DNA from: Gnetum montanum
Taxonomy: Eukaryota; Plantae; Gnetophyta
Length of the DNA: 64,000 nucleotides
Direction: 5' to 3'
NCBI GenBank assembly: GCA_015680685.1
Contig: MNCI01000270.1
Span: forward strand, 29,062 to 93,061
The notes below the pieces were generated by a model that was not told where the DNA came from, did not search any database, and saw only the letters and a program-made list of their open reading frames with translations. A program made the position numbers and the translations under genes. Positions 1 through 13,201 of this stretch are shown piece by piece; within the stretch, counting starts at the first letter, position 1; each line of letters begins with the position of its first letter.

Positions 1-110
1 TTGAAGAAACTGCAAATAAATAAAGATCTAGCTCTTCATAGAGGTGAATGGCAAAAAAGAATTCATGTAACTGGCCCCATTTTGTTGGGATAAGGCTAGG
101 ATGATAATGA
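1..110 (+). mobile_element. RTE-clade LINE 3' end fragment
   Basis: Reads ...DLALHRGEWQKRIHVTGP, then GGGATAAGGCTAG and a (GAT)n-like tail. This is the typical plant RTE terminus, also seen at 22230-22331 and 15880-15987. Confidence 0.75.
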
Positions 111-225
111 TAAGATTTTTTTTACCCTTTTGGATGCCTTGGAGCATATAAATTTTTGAGGATAATGGCCACTAGTGATGGAGTAAATTTGATTTGTGAT
201 TTCTAGGCATGTCTTAGAATGTTAT

Positions 226-2545
226 TTTTTCCTTTTGAGAAACTATTGGGTACGGTATTAAAAGAAGAAATGTAAATTGTACAAAAACTACACATCCGTG
301 GGAGTCCTCTCCCTTTTGTCAATGACCTATTCCAAAATTGAGACTAAACCACCATAGTCCCAAACATGCCCCCCGTTGAACATACAAAAACCCAGAAAGG
401 AGCCATAGGGTCCCTTTACGCTCCCGCTGTTACCTATCCCCAGCTAAGACATGGACCCAACCTAACTGACATGGGCAAAAACACATAGTCACCAAAACAA
501 CCAAGAGGTCATTTGAAAGAAACCAAACAAAACAACAACCTAAAAGGCAACCATGCCCCTCAGATATGTCAAGGCAATCAAGAGCATCTACACATGGGTT
601 GCAACCACAAGTGAATGTCATTAAGCATATTGTCGTGCTACTCAGTATCAACAAAAGTCACAGCCTGCTGAAAATTTTTAAAGGCCTCCACCTTTCGTGC
701 AGCCGCATCACCCCTACCATCAGGGTGTAACTTTGCTAATGTCCATTTGATGAAAAGCCTGAGACCCTACCATGATGATAAACGATTAATGTTCATTATA
801 ATATAGGGGCATTTCCTGCTCATGCACGTGATCTTGCTAATGTTGAAGCTGCTCATCCTCCATATGTTCATTCTCTCGTTGTATCTCTTTCACTTGTTCC
901 TACGCCGATCATTCCAACTCTTCCTACTAGATTTTGGCCTTGAGCTACTTATGGAGCTTGTCCTCCAAGGTGGCCATGGTCACCGCATCCTCCATTTCTT
1001 TCTGCCTTAGAATATCTTAATCATATCTTGGTGTTGTATCTCTGCCTATAGTAGCAACTGCTAAAGGACCTCCTCTCGCGCTGGCCACTTGGCTTCCTAA
1101 GCTTCCCACTCATTGTGCGCCCTCAACCTGGCCTCCTCCATGGCTCTCTCAAGCACCCTTTGCTAGTACTCCTACTCCAGCCGCTTAGCTTCCTCCTTAT
1201 CGTCCTCAACTTGAGGCTAAAGCAACACATGTTCTTGATGGCCAAGCGAAATAGTCTACCCTTTATTTGTTTGGTCACCAATCAGCATCATCCCTAGTAT
1301 TCTATCTTGAGGCTGCCTAGCCGCAACGTCCTCCCCTAGCCACCTATGAACATAGATCGAGTTGCAGGACCCCACCTGCCCCCTTGGTGCAGGCTTAGGG
1401 CATGCAGCCCACCATAGTGCAAGAATAACCCCCATGTGCCACCTCTGCTACTTCTACTATAGGGAAGCTAGGAAAAATTTAGGCACATTAATCGATCACC
1501 CTAAGCACAAATGCTTCAAAAAATTGAAATGAACCCCATACAACTTCCACACACTCCCAAACTAGATGAAGAACCTTTCAATCAATTCCACTGCATCCTA
1601 CCAAAAAGGCAGCAACCCAAATTTACGCACATGCTCGCTCACAGTCCACAACATTGACCTAGGAAAAAGGGCATTTGCATCTTGGAGGCCTCTCCTCGTA
1701 GGTAGAACCACCTCCCCCCAAGAACATAGGCAATCTCCTCCTTGATGAGGTTGATCCTCACCCCCTAGAAGGTAGTGGCATCCATGTGCCAATTGTCAAA
1801 GAAGGCCCCATCCTGCAAATCTCGGTCCCCCACCAACATCGAGAGGAAATCAGCCTAGCCCACACATGTGACAAGGGCCCACGGCTCCATCATCTCCTAA
1901 TATATGGTGCAAGAAGGCTCATAAGTCGACGTCACTTCCATATTGATAGTAGCTTCTTGCCAGAACCTCACACTAGTAGCAGCCACCTATGTAAGCCGCA
2001 GTAAAGATAAAATTCTGAAGACTAAATGGTTGCAGCATTGCAACAAGCACCATAGAATGGCCATAGCTTTAAAGTCCCAATCAAGTCTAACAAGCAAGGA
2101 GATTCCAATCACCTGCCAAGTGGTAGTAGCAAAGGGGCAATGATAGGCAAAGTGTCTCCATGTTTCAATCTCCTGAAAACAAGACGGGCACCCCTCACCA
2201 ACATTTAACCTGCATCTAGTTAATTCAACACTCACTGGGAGCGCCCCATGATTTATAAGCCACAAAAAGACATTTAACTTCTCAGGCAATCGCCCATGCT
2301 AGATCGACGTCCATCCTAGCCTTGTTGGATACTTATGCTGAATGATGAAATGGGGATGGGCCTCCATCATGCCCCAGTGCATCATCCTCCAAGCATGATT
2401 ACACAATGACCTCCATATCAGTGAATCATTGTTCTTCGCTATCCATCGTTGATACTCATTGTTCATAATTTGTATCCATTGTGCCTGGGCAGTTCTCGTT
2501 TGTATCAACTGATGAATAAGCCTCTATTGGCCCATCATGATGATG
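226..2545 (-). mobile_element. L1-clade LINE copy A, 5'-truncated (zf-RVT, Transposase_32-like domain, coiled coil, J-domain with intact HPD)
   Basis: zf-RVT in ORF 1987-2289 (KLNVFLWLINHGALP..CPSC..ETWRH..CP). Minus frame near 640-815 reads KCPYIIMNINRLSSWxGLRLFIKWTLAKLHPDGRGDAAARKVEAFKNFQQAVTFVDT. A-rich tail at ~226-236. Confidence 0.85.
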
Positions 2546-3101
2546 TATTGGTAATGTTATAACATATGATATCACTTATTTCTCAAAGAGGTGCCTTGTT
2601 GGTTAATTTAAAGATTTTGTACTTAGAACTAGCAATTAAAGTACTTGAACATGAAACTCATGTAAAAATTAAAGGATTTGCCTAGAATTGAACCTAAAAT
2701 TATGGACATTGGAGGGTTACTTAAAGGATAAGGATAAGGATAAAAATAAATAAAACAAAATAAAATAACTGATAAAAATTAATGTAATCCGAGCTCCGCT
2801 GCTCAAATAAATATTTGTTGTGGAAACATACTTTCAGCTTTGCAACCTTCATTGTTGTTTTGTTCACACGAATGCAACCATCATTCCGATTAACTCACCC
2901 TTGCTGATTTTCTGCATAACCCTCTACATCTTGTTCATCCACCGTTGTCATTTATCTGTATCCATCAATGGCTTCAATTCAAACTCTTGGTGAATCTCGT
3001 TTCATTTCTTTGACGACAATGAATTGTAACATTTATCAAAAAGATCGGATACATTAGATAGATCAGTGAATATATGGTGGTGGAACACCTCTTCTGATCC
3101 T

Positions 3102-4423
3102 TGGTATCAATCCCTCCAGGCGGAGAAGTCAAATTTTGGCAGTGGAAGATGTCTTTGCACTCAGAAGACATCTTTCCTGTGAGTATTGGGTGTCCGTGGA
3201 AGACATCTTTCAACCTTAGAAAGAAATCTTTCACATTTGAAAGATGTTTTTCAGGTTCAAAAGATGTCGTTCACAATTAAAAGACGTCTTTCCCGAAAGT
3301 TACAAGAACACCAAAAGATGCCTTCCCAGGCCCCAAAGACGTTTTGTTTGTCCAGCAAAGCATCCAATGTGGCCGTTGCAAAGTGGAAACAGTTAGAAAA
3401 ATGGTGTTTAACTGGGGAAAGGTTCCAATAACGTCTGTGTTGTTTTGTGTTAAGTATGTGTTCATTGTTGCATATTCGAAAGTGTGTGGATAATCAAATG
3501 TGTGGTTATTGGCCATTGTGTGTGGGATCTTGGTTGTTGGAACCCAGCCCTAAGAGAGGAAGGGAAGAGATCCAGGTTGAGTATTCTTTGCATTCAAGGC
3601 AATCTTGTATGACTGTAGAACCTCATACTCCGCAATATCATTGAGTATGTGAGTTGTTGCTTCCCAAGTTTTCCAAGTGGTGGAACTTGTAGGATTTGTA
3701 TGTTTTTGTGTTCTTGATTCCATTGTATTATAATTTTCATGCTATTTAATAGAAGATAGCTTGTTTTTTTCTATTTGCAGCAAATTTATTTTATCTTGCA
3801 TGCAATCTGGATTTGGTGTGTTTGAAGGGTTTTATGCATAGGAGTGACCCTACTTTAGAATTGATATCCGAGATTGGGATTTTGGAAAATTGGTTATGGA
3901 TTTTTGTGCATGTTTAAGGAATTGGAGGACACTGAAGCCTTGTGTTGATCTCCTTCTCTGATTTAAGGGAATTGTGTTTCTTATGAGCAAATGGCTTGTA
4001 AGAAAAAGAATATTCAAACCCTAAACACAGATATAGAGAGCATGAAATCTGCCAATTGATGATTCACAAATTGGAAGAAATTAGTGCTAGTGTGGATAGA
4101 AATGCAAGTGTCAACCATACTCATTCTCATAGTGATGATGAGAACATCCATTCCAATGAGGACGAAGAAGTTTCCCAGCATGATGGAGGAAGAGAACATG
4201 AGAAGAAAGGGCATTCCAGCTATGGGAGTGTTAGAATGCATCAGCCAAGGGTTCCAAGAGGAATGAATGCAAACCTCGTGTAAGAGCTCCAACATCTATC
4301 TCATGTGAAATTCGATGATGAAGATGAAGCAATACTTGCAAGAGTTTTCAAATATGTTGCAAGACTTCTTTATGTGGAATTGAAGACTTTCAATAGCGTA
4401 GATGGCACCAATGTTTTTGCATG
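3102..4423 (+). mobile_element. CRM-like Ty3/gypsy internal fragment (PBS, 5' leader, start of gag)
   Basis: tRNA-Met-type PBS TGGTATCA at 3102. Gag start MACKKKNIQTLNTDIESMK (ATG at 3991) resembles MPSKKKTVQALS at 63308. Ends in VELKTFNSVDGTNVF, like VEVKSFNGMEGTESF in ORF 62561-62917. Confidence 0.65.
3146..3345. repeat. Array of AAGAYRTCTT palindromes, mostly 20-bp period
   Basis: Copies at 3146, 3165, 3200, 3221, 3241, 3261, 3281, 3315 and 3336. Confidence 0.85.
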
Positions 4424-4427
4424 TTAC
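4296..4427 (-). CDS. Candidate terminal exon of the PH-domain host gene, running into antisense gag sequence
   Basis: Good acceptor ttttaatttgcag|GTA. First codon is V, as expected after ...KFQ. The frame then reads VTCKNIGAIY...MR* through TE sequence and lacks the PH C-terminal Trp. Confidence 0.3.
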   Translation of the reverse strand, partial: VTCKNIGAIYAIESLQFHIKKSCNIFENSCKYCFIFIIEFHMR

Positions 4428-4849
4428 CTGCAAATTAAAATGCTGGAAACTGAAGATTCTGGTTGCATATGATTTAGATATTGTTTAATTGTTAAGTGAC
4501 ATGTTGTGAAAGCAAATTTTCAGTTAAGCCCCAGTGCCTGTATTCATATGTCAGAACCGTGATGCAGAACTGAATGGAATATCCAATTTTGAAAGAAATT
4601 CCAATAAAAGGAAATTTATTATCTTATGTTAATATAGTATAACCACCGTGGTTACAGTTTGCTTTTTACAAATGGATTTCTTGTATCTTATAGTAAAAGT
4701 AAGAATTTTCACCAATTTCTAGCACACAGGAATATGCTAAAATACTTTGTCAAATGGTATTCTTCTTCTTACTCTTCAAATTGGTGTTCATACTTATCTT
4801 TCACCTTCCTTTTGCTATTTTCACTTGTACATGCTTTTAGTCATTTAAA

Positions 4850-5365
4850 AGAAAATCTGAAGATGGAGCAAGGAAATGCAATGAAAAATTCAAGATAAGA
4901 AGTATTTCAAGCAATGGCAATGGTGTCGAAAACAAGATGACCATGAAAGATACAAGAAAGTAAAAAGCATGGTGAAGAAAACATTGAACAAGGCTAAACT
5001 TAGCACTTTCAGTATCTTTGATGAGAAGCTAAAAATCAAGGAGGTCTAGAAAATGATTTACAACCTGGAAAAGACTTGAAATAAAAGGCATAAGGACTTT
5101 GACTATATCAAATACATTAAGTTAGACAATGAAAGGATTTTATTTTCAGATGAGAAAAATTTGGAAGGCTGGTCTAAAGATAAAGTTGAAGATACCAAGT
5201 CAAATGTATGCATGACCAACTACACTTCTGCTTTTGAAGTTTAGAAAGCCCTTATAAAGATGAAGAATGGTAAAAAGGACGAGTAAAGATCATATCCCTA
5301 TAAAGGCATAGAAGTCTATGAGTACTTATAAAGATCACTTGGTTGACAACTTTATTCAACAAGAT
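4850..5365 (+). mobile_element. Degenerate Ty1/copia pol fragment (integrase-RT linker/RT start)
   Basis: Purine-rich decayed coding sequence resembling the copia RT N-terminal region (..DGKV.RYK..-like, ..KALY..-like). No intact ORF. Confidence 0.35.
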
Positions 5366-6446
5366 TTAGAAGGAACAGAAAATTTGGGAGGGCTGGTCTA
5401 CTTTCAACGGATTCTTTTCTTTTCATTTTTTGGAAAAAGGTTAGCTTAGATTAAATTAATTAAAATAAAAGAATATGTACAATTAGGACCTAGATCCAAA
5501 AAATAAGGGAGGCAGCCCCCCAGGGAGAAGTACCCTTGAAACCCAAAAACCACCACAAAAACACACCTAGAACCCCCAGAACCCCAGCATAACTAGAAAA
5601 AGAAAATGGCCCACTGAAAGTGACCTAAAGCAACATAATATGCTTTACTAGGACCATCCAAAAAAAGGGAAAACAACCAAAACCTAGAATCAGATCAAAA
5701 CAAAACCAAACCAAGCACAACCCAACAAACAACACCAATAGAGGCCCCTTATCATGGTGGGGCAGGCTAGAACAAGCACATCTGGGTTGCATCTTGGAGT
5801 GAACCTTATCAAGAATCTCCCATTGGTGTTTTGAAGTCATAAAGGCAACAACTTGTTGGAACCGAAGGAATTTCTCTTCCTTCTTTCACCACTCCTTAGG
5901 AGGTTGATTGTTTGTTTTGTTAGGGTGGAAACTAGTAGCAACTAAGCGGATGTACCAGTGGAGGGTAGCCTAGGTCACGCTCCTGTTGATATCCATAATT
6001 ATGTAGGGGCAATGCCCCTCCCACAGCCAACACCTCACTTCCGATTCATGGGCCTAGTCTAACTTAGGGTTCATCTATTGTTCTTCTTGAAGGGCCCTAG
6101 CTCTTTGCGCTTTGGTTTCTTTCGCAAGGAGCTTCCTATCCTCCTCTTTAAGGATTTCTGCCCGGCTCTCCCACCTAATCTCCTCCTCATTCTCTTGCTA
6201 GATGGTAGCCTCCTAACATTTGTGCTGGCAGTGCTGCTCCTTGGCCTACTCCCAAAGTCAAATGTGCTCGGCTTAAGCCCTTGCTTGAACATCCAAGGCC
6301 TGCTGAAAGATAATGACCTCCCACCTAGCTCTCTCCTCCTCTCTAACCTTGGCTTTAGTTTTCGCCACTACTTGACGAAGTTTCTCTTCAAATTCTATCT
6401 GCATCTCCTATCTTGCGGCTTCAACAACCAGCAGCTGCTTGACCAC

Positions 6447-7332
6447 TGATGAGTGGCGAGATACCCCTACACTCAACCATACGAATACGAGCGTTTTCAC
6501 GCACGATCCGGTCGAACTCCGCAGACGGACTAGTTGTGGCACCTAGACAGTTAGCCTTAGGTTGCAGTTTGCTGTCTTCCCACTTGGACTAGTATTATAT
6601 TTGTCACGTATGGTTTAGTCCAGAGTGAGGTGTATGATGTGGTCCTAATCTAACGCTACTCCTGAAGCAATGGAAGATAAGATTAACTAAGCTAGGAGGA
6701 AAAGGGTAAGAGATTCTAAACTAGCCTAAGTGCGATGAGCATCCGTTCCTTGATTATTCGTACACATCTTGGACTTCGTGCACGACTACCACTGGGATTA
6801 CCAAGCGCAGATCCTAGGGGGGCTACTGGGTTACCAAGTAGTCACACTTCAATGCTCGTAATCAAGTCGTACTCATTCCACGTTTTAACATGAGTTTAAG
6901 GGTGAGAGAGACTAATTAGGAAAACAGTAAATAATAATTAAATAAATAAAAAACAAAGTGAATGCTGCAATGATGAAGTAATCTTGATCTTTATTGCCGA
7001 TCATGTGCGTGTCCAAGTACGTCACACTCGAATAAAGGATGTCGTACAATTACATTCACCACACTGCGGGCAGACACGGGAAAAATAATCTATCTTTGGA
7101 GGGATCAAACTGCTAGAGTTTCGCTACAATCTAACCTATGTATGATAAACAAGGGAGAGCCACTTATTATTTATAGACATTGCGGCGGATTGCGATATCG
7201 TGTAGGCAATATCGCAAGGGACGACGCAATATCGCAAGGGATGCGATATCGCAGGGGACAATGCAATATTGCGGGGGATGCGATATCGCAACTGATGCGA
7301 TATCGCGGCCTATGCGATATCGCGTCCCATCA
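6447..7332 (-). mobile_element. Solo LTR (TGATG...CATCA) with 5-bp TSD
   Basis: Termini TGATG (6447) and CATCA (7332). Perfect TSD ACCAC at 6442-6446 and 7333-7337. TATA-like TCTATAAATA on the minus strand at ~7168-7177. CpG-rich, so probably young. Confidence 0.9.
7190..7325. repeat. GCGATATCGC palindrome array in the LTR U3
   Basis: About eight GCRATATYGC copies spaced 15-20 bp, just upstream (minus sense) of the TATA box. Confidence 0.9.
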
Positions 7333-8075
7333 ACCACCTCCAAAGAACAAGCAGAGGAATACTCCCTAGAGACCCCCAACACAAGTGTTGAAGATGACGA
7401 GGCACCCTCCAACAAGCACTGTCGACCATAAACACGAGTAACAAGGATAGGATGAGCTGGAGGGTCCAAAGGCCGCACAACTTGCCAAAGGGCCAAAATG
7501 AGGCCTAAGTGCCATCCCCTCCGCTCATGATGCAGCAATGCTAGGAAAAACTTAGGGATATTAACTAGCTAGGCAATCTTCATGTAGTGCAAGAAAGTAA
7601 AATGTGCCTCTTGTAGTTTCCAAGCATTCCCGAATTGCACACAAAGTACTGTTCAACAAGCTCCACCGCCTCTTGCCAAAGGGGAAGTAGCACAGACTGC
7701 AAAACCTACTAGCTAGCGGTCTTGGGGATAGGGCTGGAGAAGAAACCCTCGACATCATATAAACCACATCCAGTAGGTCGGATTACCTCACCCATTGCTG
7801 GCACTCCCAGATAGTCTACCAACAATTCCTCTGTCAAATTGATACAAACAACTCTAAAAGTAGTGGCATCCTCATGCCATTGTCGAAAGAAACGGGTGTC
7901 CAGGAGCTCAGGTTCTTCAACAATGTCCTAAAGTTGACTCTTTTGCCTATACTCCTCTGCCTCCAGTTCGAACATTAGTGTAACCCACAGTGCTACCGTA
8001 GTCTCGGCCCAAAGCCTACATGCCAACAAAGCTATGTGTGTAGGAATAGGAGGCAAAGCTCTAAAACTTCTAGCC

Positions 8076-8259
8076 TTGTGGGCTTGTGGAAAGGGGGTCT
8101 CCCCTTGTTAAAAAGGGAAAGGTTTTTGGGGTGGGGCTTCGAAAAGGGGGTCTCCCCCTGTTAAAAATGGGGAGGTTTTTGGGGTGAGGGGAGATTCTTC
8201 TGCCTATGTTTTTGGAGACATCTTTCTAATGTACCTAATGCCTTTTGTTAATATACTTT
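8076..8259 (+). mobile_element. Isolated LINE 3' tail fragment with duplicated GGGGGTCTCCCC hairpin unit
   Basis: Two copies of AAAGGGGGTCTCCCC..GTTAAAAA..GGTTTTTGGGGTG, then TGTAC..TTAATATA as in the other L1 tails. Confidence 0.5.
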
Positions 8260-11200
8260 TGTTGACAAGGTACAAGAACAGATCTTTGAGCTTGACCTTG
8301 CCATCTGCAGACACCAGCATCGCATGCCTCAATTCATCATTCATCATTCCATAGTATTCCAACGAGAGAGAAGATCCAAAAATCTGTTTGGAAGCTTCTC
8401 CAGGAGACTAACATACAACAAGCCCCCACAATCATCAACACCTCTTGTGATTGTCCAACATCGAGAATGCTTGCTCGATGGTTAGAACAAGTGGAGGGTC
8501 AATTGGGCAACCAACCCCATGACAATCCTCCATCACCTATCTCATATCAGCTATAAGCACATCATCGAATGCAACCATAATATCCCGTTCATGGAGAAGG
8601 GTCACCCACATTTTCCACATGCAAGCCATCCTTTCCACACCAAGTTATGGGACAAGCACCATTTTCTGAACACAAGGTCCAGGAACAATATAGAGTCACC
8701 TCTGAGAGTAACCAGATCATGAATTCTCCGAGGAACATCAACGTTCTCAGAATTTGCATTTCCCCACTATATCAAGAACGACTGCCAGTCTCACGATCAA
8801 CACCTTTCAGTAGATTTTGCACTTGCAGGAAGGATCCTCTTTGGGAGGTTTCTTCCATAGGTAAGTATAGCAACCCAGCTACACCTTACCCCTCATACAT
8901 GCCCAAGTAGTCAATGTAGCCAATAGAACCATATCGTGGAACTATCACCAGTTGAGGGAAGACATGGGTTCACAAGTCTTACCCAAATTCAATTTTCACC
9001 TTGAGAACAACTCGAGACACCAAGCATTTTTGTTTCATCTTGGGAGATCTGGGTTTGTTTCATACATCCCAGTCAAGCCCGTTTACATCAATTTGTGGTG
9101 GCCAAGGCCGCACCACTACCTATTATCATTCAACCCAAACAACATACACAAGTCAACAACAACATCTTGCCCATAGGAGGACTAGGTCCTCAAGATAGTT
9201 TTACAAGGAATGGGCTTTCATCAACATCATTTACAACTCGAATACTAAATGATTCATCCCCGAAGGATTTACAATAGGGATGGTCTACCAGAGAACACCA
9301 ACAAGGAAGTTACTCTGAAGCCCCCAAAACTAAGAGAGTACACAAGATCATGCCTTGCTTACACGAAGCGGAATATGTATCTTTAATTTACATCAATAAC
9401 ACGACCTCACAAAGGAGGTTTCATAAATTTCACCAAGGTAATAACATTTTGTCTCTGAGAACAAGCCCCACGAGTTCACGAACATAGGACCACAGCTAGG
9501 AACAAGTCCCAAACATCAACTGCTTATAGGAGACAACCGTCTCAATACCACCTGACTTATTATTTCAGGAACTGAAGAGGGGCATCTATTGAGATGAAGA
9601 ATGATCCCTCATAAAATTAAGGATTCACCAAGTAATATCATGGTCAACTCTGCTATCCCACCAGGGAGGTGAGAACACCAACATGAATTAACGTCACACC
9701 AGAGACATGGGACAATACATCCGAGAGGGACTAGGTGATACATCAGTGTACATAAGGGACAATGTACATAGGAAAATTTTGCAAGACACCATAGCCTATT
9801 AGGCACAACGAGTCCCCAATCACAGAATCACACTATAGACAACAAACACACCAATAAGTCCCAATCTATGAGAGCACATCATAGCTCTCCAAAGCACCAA
9901 AAGCAATTAGTCACGAGAGCCTACCAACATGCACAAATCATTAGAAACCCCCAATCATGAGAGCATCGGTTCAAGTGCTTTGAGCACATTCAAGCCCACC
10001 AAGCTAGGCCACCAAGAGAAATCACACTTTCTATAACTGTAACGTCATTTATGCAAGGATGGACCACCATCCCAATGTTTGGATAGCTACTCCACGATCA
10101 AATCCAACATGGAAGAGCAAGTCTAGGTGCCAATACCCAGAACTCGACTCAAATCCCCCGCTAAACATCATATTGATTTGAATTTCAGTCACCATCGATC
10201 ATCTATGGACAAGATCTTTGCCAATCCAGGAACACAAGAAAATGTGTTCCAAAGATTTGTCCTATCTCAAGGACGTTCACCAAGCATACACCATCCAGGC
10301 ATGCCAACAACATCAAGAACACATGGCACCAGTTCAAGAGCATAATGGGCAAGGACATGCCCTGGTCCATTCATTTCAACACCGTATCACAACTGAAGCA
10401 TTTCTCATGAGGTTTTCAGCAAAATTATACATCAAGGCACAAAGGCCATTTACAACATATAGCAAGGGCGCATTAAAACAAGCACCAGGAAAACACCATA
10501 CATCAAGCTTGGCCTTGCCATAGTGTGTGGCATAGGCCTACAACCAGGAGACAACTGAGTCACATAGGCAATACATCCAGCACTTGTGTGTGCATACAAC
10601 CAGATCGAGAATATCACAAGGATACCTTTCACACACCCAAGGATTGGATTACATTCATATATGGGAACATACATAGTATTTGGGAATGCTACCCAAGCCT
10701 AAAAGGCTATAGGACAAACTACCCAAGCCCATCCTAGGCTAAAGGATTTAGGCCACCAAGAGCATACCATGAAGAACCATGCTGTTTAGAGAAAAACCTG
10801 TCTCTGTCACGAAGCATAAACGATCATCTGTCATTGCAGCACTGTCTCAAAAGATACATGATCTACTGTCACACTGAACTGACTGCACGGATAACCTCGA
10901 ACAAAAACGATTCGAGACATGAACGCAACGATTGAATAACGAAACACACCAACGGAGTATCCACCATCTTGCCATAGTGGGACCTCATTGCATTGGCCAC
11001 TCCTGGGCCATCAGTATCCGGCATGGCCAAGGATACCATTTCATGCCATCTGCTAGCCCAATATCTGTAGGGTCTAGGACAGATCACCATCCTCTGTTAG
11101 TGCTCCCCCAGCACTGAGAGGCAAACAAATCATGATGTACCTGCTGATCCATCACAGCCAAGGTACTGATATATCCACAACCCAATGTTGGGATTTTGAG

Positions 11201-13201
11201 ACCAAATAATCAGTTCATGAAGGTCTCAGGAGCACATATCTTCCCCATAGACATAGTGCTCACAGAATCAACTGAGGTCACCACTGGCTGCATCTTTGTA
11301 CATGTGCTACCTGCAAACACTGAGACACAAGCTTAGAAACATAGAAGTTAGCAAGAACACGATTAGCACATCAACCTCATTCATAACCATCAAGCATGAT
11401 CATATAACAAAGAGATATCACTCTTGCGCATCATAAAATTCAAGACAAATGATTTCATCATGAGACACACCAAGAGAGAGATAGCACACTCTCAGAATTT
11501 CAAGATTCATACACATCAGTCATTCCCAGCAACTAGCAACTAACACTAGCCTCAACCAGGACCAAAATTTCAACACACTCATATGAGTCATGGGCAATAG
11601 ACAATCGTCAACTCAACCCAAAAAAAAGGAGGAAGACCAAGGTCTATCCAACAACAAGTCTGCATCAAACCGATTCTCGCAACAACGAGCAACATCACCG
11701 AGGATGCTTTCACAAGAAGACTCTCATCAAATGAGGTGCGGTCTCAACAAGAACCAACAATAGGATGACCCACACTAGTAGTCTTCGAATAAAAGTGACA
11801 AAGAAATGTCACCAATCAAAATAGTGATGCCTCAAGCCCAAGGGCTACACCACCAGCTCAACAAGGAGCACAACTCGCAAGGATCAACAATAAGAGCAAT
11901 CATGCCTCATGCATAATAAGTTGTCAAACAAGACAACAACCATTTGGCTTTGGGATGACACAAATAACCACTGCATCCTCAACGTTTCCAACAATAAGTC
12001 ATCATACCACGTAAACATTTAAGCCTTGCGTTACAAACAATAGACACGACCAAGATAACACACATGCAGAATTTGAAGGCGCAACCAAGAAGACACGCAT
12101 ACACAAATAGACAAACATACAATCGCAAACATGAACGTACGAAGTCTACCGGCAATGGTCTTAGTCCACCTAGAACAAGGCTCACCAAGCGCACGTGTCC
12201 GAAAGACCTCCATCCTGAGGTACCTGGGAACCATCTTGTCCCCATTTGTATTTTACCATACTCACTATATCTAGGGTGAGTGGGAGTGCCAAGGCTATCA
12301 TATCCTACACGATTCAACAAATGCCATCTCGAAACATGTCATCTGGGTGGAAACTGAAGCAGAGACTCGGTCTGATTCATCCCAGATGAATCACTAGAGA
12401 CATGAGATGTGAGCTCCTTGAGCAACAAAATTACTGTGTTGCCAATAGAACTCCTCTCAACCATATCGCATACAATCACAACTAGTCCAACCACAAGTAA
12501 ACAAGGAGAGGACATCACCAAGANNNNNNNNNNNNNNNNNNNNNNNNNNNNNNNNNNNNNNNNNNNNNNNNNNNNNNNNNNNNNNNNNNNNNNNNNNNNN
12601 NNNNNNNNNNNNNNNNNNNNNNNNNNNNNNNNNNNNNNNNNNNNNNNNNNNNNNNNNNNNNNNNNNNNNNNNNNNNNNNNNNNNNNNNNNNNNNNNNNNN
12701 NNNNNNNNNNNNNNNNNNNNNNNNNNNNNNNNNNNNNNNNNNNNNNNNNNNNNNNNNNNNNNNNNNNNNNNNNNNNNNNNNNNNNNNNNNNNNNNNNNNN
12801 NNNNNNNNNNNNNNNNNNNNNNNNNNNNNNNNNNNNNNNNNNNNNNNNNNNNNNNAGGGGAGACGATGCACCTACAAGGGAAGGTGCCTCACCCCCAGAT
12901 CCCTCACGATCTGGTACAAAGTGTGGCCTAGCACCGCACCAAAACTATCCATTCTTGGCTGCCTACATATCTACGACCATCGTAGAATCAGGGCCATGTA
13001 GTTCTCCACGGAGAAGAGGGGAATGAAGAGGACTTAGAAGAGAGTTGCAATAGGAGGGTGTCCTATTGCTAGCTTGGTACCACCAAGCTGGGGTGGGTTT
13101 TGTAACACTTGAGAGCCACCCGAGGGTGCCTCAGAGTCTTCCATGGCCCCTGAACCATGGGGAGAGCCCAAGAGAACCACCATTCTGGGACATCTCTCAC
13201 A
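8260..13201 (-). mobile_element. Highly degenerate LTR retrotransposon (probably Ty3/gypsy) spanning the assembly gap
   Basis: Long CA-rich (plus strand) decayed coding-like tract with faint protease-like and zinc-knuckle-like traces on the minus strand. LTR-like end TGTGAGAG at 13201. No reliable ORF. Confidence 0.35.
12524..12855. other. Assembly gap (run of N)
   Basis: Run of n characters. Confidence 0.99.

Larger units (their letters stand above)
5426..8075 (-). mobile_element. L1-clade LINE copy B, 5'-truncated, interrupted by a solo LTR
   Basis: ORF 7167-7538 contains HERRGWHLGLILALWQVV. Coiled coil ~6080-6440. J-domain ~5830-6020: HCPYIIMDINRSVTxATLHWYIRLVATSFHPNKT..KEEKFLRFQQVVAFMTSKHQ..VH..PRCAC. 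Poly(A) at ~5426. Confidence 0.85.

Noticed and set aside
6078-6449. Leu-rich 'membrane protein' ORFs (also 822-1010 and 44074-44427)
   Set aside because: Antisense reading of the Glu/Lys/Arg-rich coiled-coil region of the LINE extension.
12409-13026. 205-aa ORF (and the antisense ORF 12515-12871)
   Set aside because: Open only because it crosses the N gap.
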